Assembly: GCF_000737315.1 (NCBI RefSeq)
Contig: NZ_JMCB01000033.1
Coordinates: forward strand, 1 to 62,712
Origin: Hyalangium minutum
GTDB lineage: Bacteria; Myxococcota; Myxococcia; Myxococcales; Myxococcaceae
Direction of reading: 5' to 3'
DNA length: 62,712 bases
Shown here: piece after piece, positions 21,569-32,004 of the stretch
How positions within the stretch are numbered: the first letter of the stretch is position 1
Layout: every line of letters starts with the position of its first letter
The notes under the pieces: model-generated
The model's input: the letters and a program-made list of their open reading frames with translations, nothing else
Told to the model about the DNA's origin: nothing
Database searches by the model: none
Made by a program: the position numbers and the translations under genes

Positions 21569-22975
21569 ATGGCGAATCCTGTGAAGCCGAGTGAGGAGTC
21601 CGAGAAGCAGCAGCTGAGCCTTGGGACGGAGGCGGCGCGCCAGCTGGCGACGACGACCAAGTCCGTTCCGCAGATGCAAGGCATCTCCTCGCGGTGGCTG
21701 CTGAAGCTGCTGCCTTGGGTGCAGGTGTCCGGCGGCACCTACCGCGTCAACCGCCGTCTGACCTATGCCGTCGGCGACGGCCGGGTGACGTTCACCAGCA
21801 CGGGCGCGAAGGTACAGGTCATCCCGCAGGAGCTGTGCGAGCTGCCGCTGCTGCGCGGCTTCGAGGACACCGCGGTGCTGCAGGCCCTGGCCGAACGCTT
21901 CGTCCAGAAGGAGTACAAGGCCGGCGAGGTCATCACCGAGAAGGGCAAGGAGGCGGACCTGATCTGCCTGATCGCCCACGGCAAGGTGAACAAGATCGGC
22001 GCGGGCAAGTACGGCGACGAGACGGTGATGGATGTGCTCGCGGACGGCGACCACTACAGCTACGAGGCGCTGCTCGAGTCGCAGGACTACTGGCAGTTCA
22101 CGGTCAAGGCGCTCACTCCGGCCACGGTGCTCGTCCTGAAGCAGGATGCCTTCGAGGCGGTGGTGGCTCAGGCCCCGTCGCTGCAGAAGCACATCACTGA
22201 CTTCAAGGCCCGGCTGAAGAAGAAGCAGGACACGTCGGGCCAGGCCGCCATCGAGCTGGCCGCGGGCCACAAGGGCGAGCCCGTGCTGCCCGGCACCTAC
22301 GTGGACTACGAGACGTCCCCGCGCGAGTACGAGCTGAGCGTCGCGCAGACGGTGCTGCAGATCCACTCGCGCGTGGCGGACCTGTTCAATGACCCCATGA
22401 ACCAGACCGAGCAGCAGCTCCGTCTGACCGTGGAGGCGCTGAAGGAGCGCAAGGAGCACGAGCTCGTCAACAACCGCGAGTTCGGCCTGCTGCACAACGC
22501 GGACCTCAAGCAGCGCATCCACACCCGCGGCGGCCCGCCGACGCCGGACGACATGGACGAGCTGCTGGCCACCGTGTGGAAGGATCCGTCCTTCTTCCTG
22601 GCGCACCCGCGCACCATCGCGGCGTTCGGCCAGGAGTGCAGCCGCCGCGGCATCTACCCCACCAGCGTGGATGTGAGCGGCAACATGGTTCCCGCGTGGC
22701 GCGGCATCCCCATCTTCCCGTGCAACAAGATCCCCATCAGCGAGAGCCGCACCAGCTCCATCATGCTGATGCGCACGGGCGAGAAGAACCAGGGCGTCGT
22801 CGGCCTGCACCAGGCCGGCATCCCCGACGAGATCGAGCCCAGCATGAATGTCCGCTTCATGGGCATCAACGAGAAGGCCGTCATCTCCTACCTGGTGACG
22901 TCCTACTTCTCGTCGGCGGTGCTCGTGCCGGATGCGCTCGGCATCCTGGAGAGCGTCGAGATCGGCCGCAGCTAG
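21569..22975 (+). CDS. family 2B encapsulin shell protein with cNMP-binding domain, copy 1
   Basis: [29 protein letters not shown], inserted cNMP-like domain, [34 protein letters not shown]-terminal [12 protein letters not shown]. Confidence 0.9.
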   Translation: MANPVKPSEESEKQQLSLGTEAARQLATTTKSVPQMQGISSRWLLKLLPWVQVSGGTYRVNRRLTYAVGDGRVTFTSTGAKVQVIPQELCELPLLRGFEDTAVLQALAERFVQKEYKAGEVITEKGKEADLICLIAHGKVNKIGAGKYGDETVMDVLADGDHYSYEALLESQDYWQFTVKALTPATVLVLKQDAFEAVVAQAPSLQKHITDFKARLKKKQDTSGQAAIELAAGHKGEPVLPGTYVDYETSPREYELSVAQTVLQIHSRVADLFNDPMNQTEQQLRLTVEALKERKEHELVNNREFGLLHNADLKQRIHTRGGPPTPDDMDELLATVWKDPSFFLAHPRTIAAFGQECSRRGIYPTSVDVSGNMVPAWRGIPIFPCNKIPISESRTSSIMLMRTGEKNQGVVGLHQAGIPDEIEPSMNVRFMGINEKAVISYLVTSYFSSAVLVPDALGILESVEIGRS

Positions 22976-23015
22976 CCTGCCGTCCACGGCTCGGACCACA
23001 CGTTAGGAACACCTC

Positions 23016-24425
23016 ATGGCGAACTCAGTGAACACGGGCAGTGCCCCAAATGCCGATGAACAGCTGCTGAGTCTCAGCACCGCTGGCGCCCGGCAGCTGA
23101 CCACGACGACGAAGACGCAGCCACAGATGCAGGGGATCTCCCCTCGGTGGCTGCTGCGGATGCTGCCCTGGGTCCAGGTGTCCGGTGGCACGTACCGCGT
23201 CAACCGGCGCCTGTCCTATACCGTGGGGGACGACCGGCTGAACTTCAGCAACATCGGCGCCAAGGTGGAGATCATCCCCCAGGAGCTGCTCAAGCTGCCG
23301 CTGCTGCGCGGCCTGGACTCCGAGGCGTTGACGCTGGACGCCCTGGCACGCCAGTTCGTGCAGCGCGAGTTCAAGACCGGAGATCTGATCGTCGAGGCGG
23401 GCAAGCCCGCCGAGCACGTGTTCCTGCTGGCGCACGGCAAGGCCAACAAGCTGGGCACGGGCAAGTACGGCGATCCGATCATCCTCGAAGTACTCGGTGA
23501 CGGCGACCACTTCGGCGATCAGGCCGTGGTGGAGTCGAACGACGTCTGGCCGTTCACCGTGAAGGCGCTCACGCCGTGCACGGTGATGCTGCTGCCGCAG
23601 CAGGCGTTCGAGACCCTCATCCGCCAGTCCCCGGCGCTCAACGCACACGTCGAGGTCTACAAGCGGCGGCTGAAGATGCCCCAGGACAAGATGGGGCAGG
23701 CTGCCATTGAGCTGGCTGCGGGCCACAAGGGTGAGCCGGAGCTGCCGGGCACCTTCGTGGACTACGAGCTCCGGCCTCGCGAGTACGAGCTGAGCGTGGC
23801 GCAGACGATCCTCAACGTGCACACCCGCGTTGCGGACATCTACAACGATCCGATGAACCAGACGCAGGAGCAGCTGCGGCTGACCATCGAGGCTCTGCGC
23901 GAGCGCCAGGAGTACGAGCTCATCAACAACCGGGAGTTCGGGTTCCTGCACAATGCAGATCTCAAGCAGCGCCTCCATCCGCGCAGCGGGCCGCCGACGC
24001 CGGATGATCTGGATGAGCTGCTGAGCCGGCGCCGCAAGTCCCGGTTCTTCCTGGCGCACCCGCGCACCATCGCGGCGTTCGGCCAGGAGTGCAACCGCCG
24101 GGGCATCTATCCCACCCCAGTCGAGGTGAACGGCAGCCGGTTCATGGCCTGGCGCGGCGTCCCCCTGCTGCCCTGCGACAAGATCCCCATCACCCCGGAG
24201 CGGACCACGTCCATCATCGTGATGCGCACCGGCGAGGGGGACCAGGGTGTCATCGGCCTCCACAACGCGGGAGTCCCGGACGAGGTGCAGCCCAGCCTCT
24301 CGGTGCGCCGCATGGACATCAGCGAGAAGGCCATCACCTCCTACCTGGTGAGCGTCTACTTCTCGGCGGCAGTCCTGGTTCCGGACGCCCTGGGCGTGCT
24401 GGAGAACATCGAGCTCGGGCGCTGA
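23016..24425 (+). CDS. family 2B encapsulin shell protein with cNMP-binding domain, copy 2
   Basis: Same motif series as copy 1 ([48 protein letters not shown]). Clear paralogue. Confidence 0.9.
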   Translation: MANSVNTGSAPNADEQLLSLSTAGARQLTTTTKTQPQMQGISPRWLLRMLPWVQVSGGTYRVNRRLSYTVGDDRLNFSNIGAKVEIIPQELLKLPLLRGLDSEALTLDALARQFVQREFKTGDLIVEAGKPAEHVFLLAHGKANKLGTGKYGDPIILEVLGDGDHFGDQAVVESNDVWPFTVKALTPCTVMLLPQQAFETLIRQSPALNAHVEVYKRRLKMPQDKMGQAAIELAAGHKGEPELPGTFVDYELRPREYELSVAQTILNVHTRVADIYNDPMNQTQEQLRLTIEALRERQEYELINNREFGFLHNADLKQRLHPRSGPPTPDDLDELLSRRRKSRFFLAHPRTIAAFGQECNRRGIYPTPVEVNGSRFMAWRGVPLLPCDKIPITPERTTSIIVMRTGEGDQGVIGLHNAGVPDEVQPSLSVRRMDISEKAITSYLVSVYFSAAVLVPDALGVLENIELGR

Positions 24426-24539
24426 CGGGCGGGCCTCCGGCGGCCGGGGAGGTGGGTTCAGAAGGTTTTTCGGAGCGACCGATGATTTTTGTCGGCCGGT
24501 CCAGTCCAAGCCTTTGAACCCACCTTTTCGGAGGCATTC

Positions 24540-25016
24540 ATGGCCGCCAGCTCCGTTGCTTCGCCGTCCCCCCTCGCCCTCAATGATTCGCGTCAGAACC
24601 CGAAGGCTTCTGCGGCTGTGGTGCCCCGGGTTTCAAGGGCGGCTTTGTGGACGGGGCGCATTCTCAGCGGTTTCGCGGTCGTCTTCCTGCTGGGCGACGG
24701 GGTGTTCAAGTTCCTGCAGACCCCCGAGGCGGTAAAGGGGACGGTCGAGCTGGGCTATCCGGTGAGCGTCCTCGTGGGGCTGGGCATCACCGAGCTGATC
24801 TGCCTCGCCGTGTACCTGCTCCCGCGCACCTCGGTACTGGGGGCCATTCTCTGGACGGGCTACCTCGGGGGCGCCATCGCGACGCATGTCCGCGTCGGCA
24901 ACCCCCTCTTCAGCCACGTGCTGTTCCCGGTCTACCTGGCTGCCTTCCTGTGGCTCGGGCTGTGGCTCCGGGAGCCGCGCCTCCGCGCCCTGGTGCCGCT
25001 GCGGAACAAGCCGTAG
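24540..25016 (+). CDS. DoxX-family membrane protein
   Basis: Four hydrophobic segments, DGVFKF, ELGYP, PRTSVLGAILWTGYLGGAIATHVRVG. Confidence 0.85.
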   Translation: MAASSVASPSPLALNDSRQNPKASAAVVPRVSRAALWTGRILSGFAVVFLLGDGVFKFLQTPEAVKGTVELGYPVSVLVGLGITELICLAVYLLPRTSVLGAILWTGYLGGAIATHVRVGNPLFSHVLFPVYLAAFLWLGLWLREPRLRALVPLRNKP

Positions 25017-25037
25017 CGGGAGAGGCGCGGAGCAGGG

Positions 25038-25667
25038 CTAGAAGCGCCCGCCCAGCGTGATGTTGGCGTTGAAGAGATTGCCGCTGTTGTCGAGGCCGGG
25101 GCGCACGTCTTCCGCGAAGCTCTCGCCGAACATCAGGCGGTAGCTGGCCCTCGCCCCCGCGAAGATGGTGCCGAAGTTGTAGTCCACGCCCGCCGCCAGC
25201 GGCAGCTCCTCGACGATATCGTTTTTATAGAGGAAGTCCGCGCCGTCCGTGGGGTTGATGTAGCTCAGGCCCAGGCCCGCGCCGACGAAGGGCCGCCACT
25301 TGTCGTTGATCAGCGGTCCCGCCTTGGCCATCAGCCCGAGGTTGTGGCGGTAGAGGCCCTCGCCCGAAGAGCCGATGAGCGACTCATCAATGGGGATGCG
25401 CTGCCCCTCGTAGCCCACCTCGACTCCGAGCGCGGGCCAGACCTGAGCATCGGCCGCGATGCCGAGGAGCGGGCCCGTGCCCGTATACTCACCCGCAGCG
25501 CCCGTCAGTCCTCCCAGACCGACGCGGACATCCAGCCCCACCTGCGCCTCTGCCGGATTGTAGTGGAGCTTCGTTCCCACCTCCTGGGCTTCAACCTGCG
25601 CGAGGGCGGGAACGGCGAACAGCAGGGCGGCGGCTGCCAGGCTTCCCACGACCGAACGGTTCTTCAT
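25038..25667 (-). CDS. outer-membrane beta-barrel (OmpA-like TM domain) protein
   Basis: Signal peptide (ALA-Q), LGVEVGYEG, WRPFVGAGLG, terminal LGGRF. Confidence 0.75.
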   Translation of the reverse strand: MKNRSVVGSLAAAALLFAVPALAQVEAQEVGTKLHYNPAEAQVGLDVRVGLGGLTGAAGEYTGTGPLLGIAADAQVWPALGVEVGYEGQRIPIDESLIGSSGEGLYRHNLGLMAKAGPLINDKWRPFVGAGLGLSYINPTDGADFLYKNDIVEELPLAAGVDYNFGTIFAGARASYRLMFGESFAEDVRPGLDNSGNLFNANITLGGRF

Positions 25668-25809
25668 TGTGACCTCCCAGAAAGTGAGTCAGGAAGAATC
25701 TGGGCACGTGTCCACAGTTGGAAGAAGCGGTGCCAGAGCGGGCATTCCGGCGCATGGAGAGCGTGCCCGGAGCCCGAGCCACACCTCAGGGGCCCGGCTG
25801 TCCGGGTGC

Positions 25810-28476
25810 CTACTTCTTCCCGAAGAGCTTCCGCAGACCGGAGAAGAGACCCGCAGGGCTCTCCTTGGTCTCGGTGGCAAAGGGCGAGCGCGCGATGAGG
25901 GCCTCGCGGGCCGTGTCGTCCAAGTCCTCCGTGGCCAGCGTCACCGGCTGGCGCTTCGCACCGGGCAGGGTGGCCGACAGCGAGAGGATGCCGTCCTGCG
26001 AAAGGGAGAAGTGGAGCTCCGCTTCTCCCGTGCGCTCGAATTGGAAGTGGAGCGCTCCGAGGTACTCGCTCTCCGAGGCGAGGGAGGAAGCCCCTTGGAA
26101 GATGGCCAGCGAGAGCGGTCCCGGGGTGACGGGCAGGACGAGCGTTTTGTCTGCAGGAAGGCGGGTGTTGCGCTCGAAGACGCGACGGAGCGTGCCCCCG
26201 CGCTCGGCCACACCGAGTGGTACGGAGAGCACATCCGAGACGGTGGCACCTGGCTTGCCGGAGTCGATCTCCAGCAGCGAGCGGCCCAGCAGCGCCGCCC
26301 CGAATGCTCCCGCGGTGAGCGGATCCACGTCGGAGCGTACGGGCACCCCGAGGCTCTCTTCGAGCCGCCGGCGGACGAGCGGGGCCCGGCTCTGGCCACC
26401 CACGAGCACCACGGCATCCAGGCCCTGGGGGGTGAGGGAGCTGGACTCCAACACTTCGCGGGTGGCTTCCGTCACGCGCTGGGCGAGATCCGCGGTGAGT
26501 GCCTCCACGCGCTCGCGGTTGAGGGTGAGGCTGGGTCCCTCGCGGAGGCGGACGGGTGTCTCATCCTGCTCGCTGAGGCGTACCTTGGCTGACTCGGCGG
26601 CGGCGCGCAGCGGTCCCCAGTCGAGCGAAGGCTCCTGCGAAGAGGTGCCCGAGTTCCGCAGGTCGCTCATCAGGGCCTCGGTGATGCGAGCATCGAAGTC
26701 CATGCCGCCGAGCGTCGGATCGGAGCCCGTGGTGACGATCTCGAGGTCATCGCCGGTGACCTGCACGACGGAGACCTCGAGCCCGCCTCCGCCGAGGTCC
26801 ACCACGAGGACGCGCTTGCGAGCCAGGCCCCGGCCATGTCCGTACGCGAGCGTGGCCGCGGCGGGGGCATTGAGCACGCGCAGGGTCTGAAGGCCCGCGC
26901 GCTCACCGGCCTCGCGCAGGGCGGCTCGCTGGCGGGCATCGAAGTAGGCAGGGACGCACAGCACGGCGCGGGTGGCCTCGCGGCCGAGGAACGCGCCGGC
27001 GCTGGCCTTGAGCTCACGCAGGAGCTGAGCGGCGAAGTCGGTCAGGGAGATGACGCGCCCACCCAGCTCGACCCCCGCATCCCCGCGCGGGTCGGCAGCG
27101 ACGGAGAAGGGGAGCCCCACGAAGCTGCGAAGCCGGGGGGAGCGCGCGCGCAGGCCGAGCAGGCGTTTGAGGCCCGTGGCGGCGTGGCGGGAGTTTCGCT
27201 CGGCCTCGGCCAGGGCCGCCGCTCCGACGAGGAGCTGCCCCGAGGCATCGACCGCGAGCATGGAGGGAAGGCCCTGAGCCTCCACGCCTCCCGAGGAGAT
27301 GAGGCGGACCGAGCCCTCGTGGAACACAGCGACACGGGCTTGGGTCGTGCCCAGGTCGATGCCCAGGACGACCTCGGGCGCGGAGGGAGCCACGGGGGCG
27401 CTGACCGGCATGTCGAGCACGGTCCTCCGGCGGCCTCGGCCCTCCGAGACACGGCGAGAGTCCTCGGACGGGGCGGCGGGAACCTCGGTGCGAGAGGGCT
27501 CCGGAGGCAGAGGTGCGAGCGGCGGAACCTCCTCGGTGCGCGGCTCGGGCGGGAGCGATGGAGCGGCAGGCGCACGCGCCACGGGTGGCGCCGCAGGGGG
27601 CGCTGCGGGAATCGCGGGAATGGAAACCGAAGGGCGAGGGGGAGGGCGAGCAGGAGGCTCGGCGGAGGCAGGGCCCGCCGTGCGCTGGACCAACCCAGGC
27701 GGAGGCGTGGGGAGCGGATCGACCGGAGGACGGGGGATGGCTTTCGCCGTGGGGGAAACGGGTTCTGCCGGAGGAGGCGTCCCGGTGGGAGGCGGAGTGA
27801 AGGGGACGGACCACATCCGAACCGTGGGAGCTTTGGGCTCCCGAAGTGGCTCTGTGCGCTGGGGAGAAACCGGAGGTGCTGCGGAAGGAGCCGGAGGTGG
27901 GGGCACTGCGGGAGTAGGTGAAGCCGTCGCCGGAGGAGCCGCAGGCGGTGGACGCGCCGCCGCTGCCGGAGGAGGTGGGGCCACCGAAGGCACAGCAGCC
28001 GAGAGGGACGGAGACGTCCGGCGGACCATGCCCGGAGGCGGAGCCAGGGGCTGTGGCGCAGGCGCTCTTGGGGCCTCCACAGGTACCGGTGTGGGGGGCT
28101 TTACCGGGGCGGTTGCAGGAGCCGGGACCTGTGTTTCCACCGAGGCGGGCGGGAGCGGCTGCCCACTGCGCAGCGCCACCACGCGATCGATGAGCGCCTT
28201 GCTCTGCGCATCCAGCTTCACGAAGCGGACGCTCATCCCCGAGCGCCCACCTTCCTCGGCCTGCGCTTTGACGACGACGCCCTCGCCGCGCAGCAGCCGA
28301 GCGCCGTTGGCGAGGACGAACTCGAAGGCGATTGCGGTGCCCTCTTCCTTCAGGGCCTTGGTGGCGATGAACACACCGGCGCGCGCGACGTTCGAGCCGT
28401 ACTTCTCGATGAACTCCTCCTCCGTGGTGTACGGGAGGCGGATGCGCAGCGGGAGGAGCTTGGGCGCGACCGTCAC
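25810..28476 (-). CDS. TIGR02266/PilZ-like domain, Pro-rich linker, Hsp70-like domain
   Basis: N-terminal LRIRLPYTTEEEFIEKYGSNVARAGVFIAT ... GMSVRF; about 260-aa Pro/Ala linker; GIDLGTT, CVPAYFDARQR, DLGGG, GGMDFD, LVGGQSRAPLV. Confidence 0.85.
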   Translation of the reverse strand: MTVAPKLLPLRIRLPYTTEEEFIEKYGSNVARAGVFIATKALKEEGTAIAFEFVLANGARLLRGEGVVVKAQAEEGGRSGMSVRFVKLDAQSKALIDRVVALRSGQPLPPASVETQVPAPATAPVKPPTPVPVEAPRAPAPQPLAPPPGMVRRTSPSLSAAVPSVAPPPPAAAARPPPAAPPATASPTPAVPPPPAPSAAPPVSPQRTEPLREPKAPTVRMWSVPFTPPPTGTPPPAEPVSPTAKAIPRPPVDPLPTPPPGLVQRTAGPASAEPPARPPPRPSVSIPAIPAAPPAAPPVARAPAAPSLPPEPRTEEVPPLAPLPPEPSRTEVPAAPSEDSRRVSEGRGRRRTVLDMPVSAPVAPSAPEVVLGIDLGTTQARVAVFHEGSVRLISSGGVEAQGLPSMLAVDASGQLLVGAAALAEAERNSRHAATGLKRLLGLRARSPRLRSFVGLPFSVAADPRGDAGVELGGRVISLTDFAAQLLRELKASAGAFLGREATRAVLCVPAYFDARQRAALREAGERAGLQTLRVLNAPAAATLAYGHGRGLARKRVLVVDLGGGGLEVSVVQVTGDDLEIVTTGSDPTLGGMDFDARITEALMSDLRNSGTSSQEPSLDWGPLRAAAESAKVRLSEQDETPVRLREGPSLTLNRERVEALTADLAQRVTEATREVLESSSLTPQGLDAVVLVGGQSRAPLVRRRLEESLGVPVRSDVDPLTAGAFGAALLGRSLLEIDSGKPGATVSDVLSVPLGVAERGGTLRRVFERNTRLPADKTLVLPVTPGPLSLAIFQGASSLASESEYLGALHFQFERTGEAELHFSLSQDGILSLSATLPGAKRQPVTLATEDLDDTAREALIARSPFATETKESPAGLFSGLRKLFGKK

Positions 28477-28498
28477 CGTTCACCGCCTCAGGGGGAGC

Positions 28499-29137
28499 TC
28501 ATCGCAAGGCGAGGCGGACATCTCCGCTGGTCGCTGGCAGCACGAGCGTCAGGCCCGCATCAAGGGTGGACGGAGGAACCTCGAAGAAGAGCACCACATC
28601 GGAGCGCTCCTCCGGGGCCCAGGTGTGGCGCAGCTCGCGTGTCCCAGCGGCGATCTGGACGTCCCGGGCCAGCGGGTACTCCTTGCCGGCCGCATCCATC
28701 AGCTTCGCTCCATCGAGCGAGAGTGCCGCCGGGGCCTGCCCCACGTTCTGCATGACGAGCTGCACGCGGAGGAACTGATCCTCGGTGGTGAGGCTCAGCT
28801 TGCCGCCCTTCACCGAGTGCGAGGCCTCCAGGCCGGTGAGCTTCACGGCCACGGTGTCCACGTGCTTCGTCTCGTTGGAGTCCGGCAACCGCAGCTTGCG
28901 GTCCGAGGCGCCCTCATCGGCCGTGGCCAGTCCCGCGAGGCCCATGTCGGGGTCCTCGTCGGCCTGCTGGGCGCGGGCCGGAGGGCCCGAGGCAGCACCG
29001 CCCTTGCCCACACGGTCCGCCTCGGCGCGCAGCTTGGCGAGCGTGCGGTCCTCCTGGGGCGGAGCCTCCTCCTTCGTGCAGCCCCACGCGAGGGCCGCCG
29101 CCAGGAGAATCGGGGTCAGGGCGGTGCGGGGGCTCAT
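28499..29137 (-). CDS. lipoprotein with DUF4352-like Ig-fold C-terminal domain
   Basis: Lipobox AWG-C and a beta-rich C-terminus (LRVQLVMQNVG ... LMDAAGKEY). ATGA overlap with the alaS stop. Confidence 0.6.
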   Translation of the reverse strand: MSPRTALTPILLAAALAWGCTKEEAPPQEDRTLAKLRAEADRVGKGGAASGPPARAQQADEDPDMGLAGLATADEGASDRKLRLPDSNETKHVDTVAVKLTGLEASHSVKGGKLSLTTEDQFLRVQLVMQNVGQAPAALSLDGAKLMDAAGKEYPLARDVQIAAGTRELRHTWAPEERSDVVLFFEVPPSTLDAGLTLVLPATSGDVRLALR

Positions 29138-31821
29138 GCGCGGTCCTTCATCAGCTCGTAGAGCTTGTCGAGCGCCGCGGGGAGCTTGGACGGATCCGGG
29201 CCGCCGGCCTGGGCCATGTCGGCCTTGCCGCCGCCCTTGCCGCCCACTTCCTTGGCCATCTCGCGCACGAGGTCGCCCGCGCTGATGCCCTTGGCGACCA
29301 CGTCCTTGGTCGCGGCCACGAGGATGAGCGCCTTGCCATCCTTCTCGCCGCCGATGGCGATGACGCCCGAGCGGATGCGGTCGCGCAGCTGGTCCGCCAG
29401 CCCGCGGTAGACCTTGTCGTCGGCCGGGTCCACGCGGGTGGCCAGCACCTTCATGCCGTTCACCTCGCGGGCCTGGTCGAGCAGGTCCTTGCTGGAGGCC
29501 GTCTGCGCCTTCACGGCGACCTCCTCGATCTTCTTCTCCAGCTCCTTCACGCGCTTCTGGGTGGCCTCCACGCGCTTGGAGAGCTCCTTGGGCGTGGTCT
29601 TCAGCAGCTCGGCCGCCTTGCGCAGCTCGCGCTCCGTCTCGCGCAGGTACTGGAGGGCGCCCACGCCGGTGACGGCGGTGATGCGCCGCACGCCCGAGGC
29701 AATGCCGCTCTCGCTGACGATCTTGAACAGACCGATGTCGCCGCTGCGCTTCACGTGCGTGCCGCCACACAGCTCGGTGGACTGCGGGTGCACGGTGACG
29801 ACGCGCACCGTCTCGCCGTACTTCTCACCGAACATGGCCACCGCGCCGGACTTCTTCGCGTCGTCCAGCTTCATGATGCGCGTCTGGGACTCGGCGTTCT
29901 CACGGATCCAGCCGTTGACCAGGTCTTCCACCTGATCCATCTGCTCGGGCGTGGGCACGGCGAAGTGCGAGTAGTCGAAGCGCAGGAAGTCCGGCGCCAC
30001 CACGGAGCCGGCCTGCTTCACGTGGTCGCCGAGCACCATCTTGAGCGCGCGGTGCATCAGGTGCGTGGCCGAGTGGTTCGCGCGGATGGACTTGCGCCGC
30101 TCACCATCCACCGCTGCCTGGACCATGTCGCCGGCCTTGAACGTGCCCTCCTTCACCTCCACGGTGTGGACGATGAGGCCCGAGACCGGGCGCTGTGCGT
30201 CCAGCACGTTCGCCACGGCCTTGCCGCCATGGCCGGTGATGCGGCCGGTGTCACCGATCTGGCCGCCGGACTCGCCGTAGAAGGGCGTCCGGTCCAGCAC
30301 CAGCTCCACCTTGTCGCCCGCGGAGGCCTGGGCCACCTCCTGGCCGTCCTTGATGATGGCGCGCACGGAGCCCTCGCCCTCGTGGCCCTCGCCGTCGTAG
30401 CCGAGGAACTCCGTGGTCCCCAGCCGATCCGCCAGCTTGAGGTACACGTCCCCGACGGCCTTGTCCTTGTTGAGCTTGCCCGAGTCCGCGCCGCGCGGCG
30501 TGTTCATGATCTCCCAGAACTTGGTCAGATCGACGTCGTAGCCGCGCTCGCGGGCGATGATCTGCGTCAAGTCCCACGGGAAGCCGTGCGTGTCATGGAG
30601 GAAGAAGGTCGCCTCGCCGGAGATGGCCTTGCCGCCGCTGTCCTTCAGGCGGGTGATCTCCTCGTCGATCATCTTCAGGCCGCGGTTGAGCGTGCGGCGG
30701 AAGGACTCCTCCTCGTGGCGGGTGTTCTCGAGCACGAAGGTGCGGCTCTCGCGCAGCTCGGGGTAGGCGTCGCCCATCAGCTCGATGACGCGGTCCACGA
30801 CCTTGAAGAAGAACACCTCGTCCAGGCCCAGCAGCGAGCCGTGGCGGATGGCGCGGCGCATGATGCGGCGGAGCACGTAGCCGCGGCCTTCGTTGGAGGG
30901 CTGCACGCCGTCGGAGAGGAGGAACGCGGCCGCGCGGCTGTGGTCCGCGATGACGCGCATGGAGGCGCCGTCCTCCTGGGTGTACGGCTTGCCGGCCAGC
31001 TCGCTCACCTTGGACAGGATGCTCTGGAACAGGTCCGTGTCGTAGTTGGAGCGCTTGCCCTGAACGACGGAGGCGATGCGCTCCAGCCCCGCGCCCGTGT
31101 CGATGGACGGCTTGGGCAGCGGGATGAGCGGCGCGTCCTTCTCCTTGCGCTCGAACTGCATGAACACCAGGTTCCAGATCTCCAGCCACCGGTCGCAGTC
31201 GCACGCCACGCCCTGGCACGGACGGCCAGCGGAGACCTCGGCGCAGGGGATGTCATCGCCCTGGTGGTAGTGAATCTCGGAGCACGGGCCGCACGGGCCG
31301 GTGTCGCCCATGGCCCAGAAGTTGTCCTTCAGGCCCAGCTTGTAGATGCGGTCGCGCGCAACGCCCTGCTTGGCCCACAGCTCGAAGGCCTCCTCGTCCC
31401 AAGGGATGCCACCCTCGCCGTTGAACACGGTGACGGCCAAGCGGGCCTTGTCCAGGCCCAGCGTCTTCGTGACGAACTCCCAGCCGTAGGCGATGGCGTC
31501 GGCCTTGAAGTAGTCGCCGAAGGAGAAGTTGCCGAGCATCTCGAAGAACGTGTGGTGCCGGGCGGTGTAGCCCACGTTGTCGAGATCGTTGTGCTTGCCA
31601 CCGGCGCGCACGCACTTCTGCGAGGTGGTGGCGCGGCTGTAGTCGCGCTTCTCGCGGCCGGTGAACACGTCCTTGAACTGGACCATGCCCGCGTTGGTGA
31701 ACAGCAGCGTCGGGTCGTTCTGGGGAACGAGCGGGGACGAGGCCACGCGGCGATGGCTGCGGTCCTCGAAGAACTTGAGGAACGCCTCGCGAATCTGGGA
31801 GGCGGTAAGGGCGGAAGGCAT
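29134..31821 (-). CDS. alaS: alanine--tRNA ligase
   Basis: DPTLLFTNAGMVQFK, ARHHTFFEMLGNFSFGDYFK, TPFYGESGGQIGD, NHSATHL, ELCGGTHV, GGKGGG. Confidence 0.98.
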   Translation of the reverse strand: MPSALTASQIREAFLKFFEDRSHRRVASSPLVPQNDPTLLFTNAGMVQFKDVFTGREKRDYSRATTSQKCVRAGGKHNDLDNVGYTARHHTFFEMLGNFSFGDYFKADAIAYGWEFVTKTLGLDKARLAVTVFNGEGGIPWDEEAFELWAKQGVARDRIYKLGLKDNFWAMGDTGPCGPCSEIHYHQGDDIPCAEVSAGRPCQGVACDCDRWLEIWNLVFMQFERKEKDAPLIPLPKPSIDTGAGLERIASVVQGKRSNYDTDLFQSILSKVSELAGKPYTQEDGASMRVIADHSRAAAFLLSDGVQPSNEGRGYVLRRIMRRAIRHGSLLGLDEVFFFKVVDRVIELMGDAYPELRESRTFVLENTRHEEESFRRTLNRGLKMIDEEITRLKDSGGKAISGEATFFLHDTHGFPWDLTQIIARERGYDVDLTKFWEIMNTPRGADSGKLNKDKAVGDVYLKLADRLGTTEFLGYDGEGHEGEGSVRAIIKDGQEVAQASAGDKVELVLDRTPFYGESGGQIGDTGRITGHGGKAVANVLDAQRPVSGLIVHTVEVKEGTFKAGDMVQAAVDGERRKSIRANHSATHLMHRALKMVLGDHVKQAGSVVAPDFLRFDYSHFAVPTPEQMDQVEDLVNGWIRENAESQTRIMKLDDAKKSGAVAMFGEKYGETVRVVTVHPQSTELCGGTHVKRSGDIGLFKIVSESGIASGVRRITAVTGVGALQYLRETERELRKAAELLKTTPKELSKRVEATQKRVKELEKKIEEVAVKAQTASSKDLLDQAREVNGMKVLATRVDPADDKVYRGLADQLRDRIRSGVIAIGGEKDGKALILVAATKDVVAKGISAGDLVREMAKEVGGKGGGKADMAQAGGPDPSKLPAALDKLYELMKDRA

Positions 31822-32004
31822 GGTGTGGGTATATGCCACAAGAGGCCGCCTCGCAGGAGTTCTTGCTGACCGTCCCCCGCCTGCCTGGCGTCCGGGCGCC
31901 TCCTAGGGGCTCAGGGAGTCCCTCCCACCCGCAGGAAGAGGTAGGGAAGTCACCGAGATCATTCCAGAGGGTGCTCAGGGTGCGCTAAAGTGCTTGGCCA
32001 CCCC

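Noticed and set aside
21569-24425. Crp/Fnr transcriptional regulators controlling geosmin synthesis
   Set aside because: No C-terminal HTH; the cNMP domain is embedded in family 2B encapsulin shell sequence.
27400-28150. Pro/Ala-rich repeats (also 41990-42370 and 18540-18780)
   Set aside because: Low-complexity protein linkers common in myxobacteria; no exact nucleotide tandem unit.
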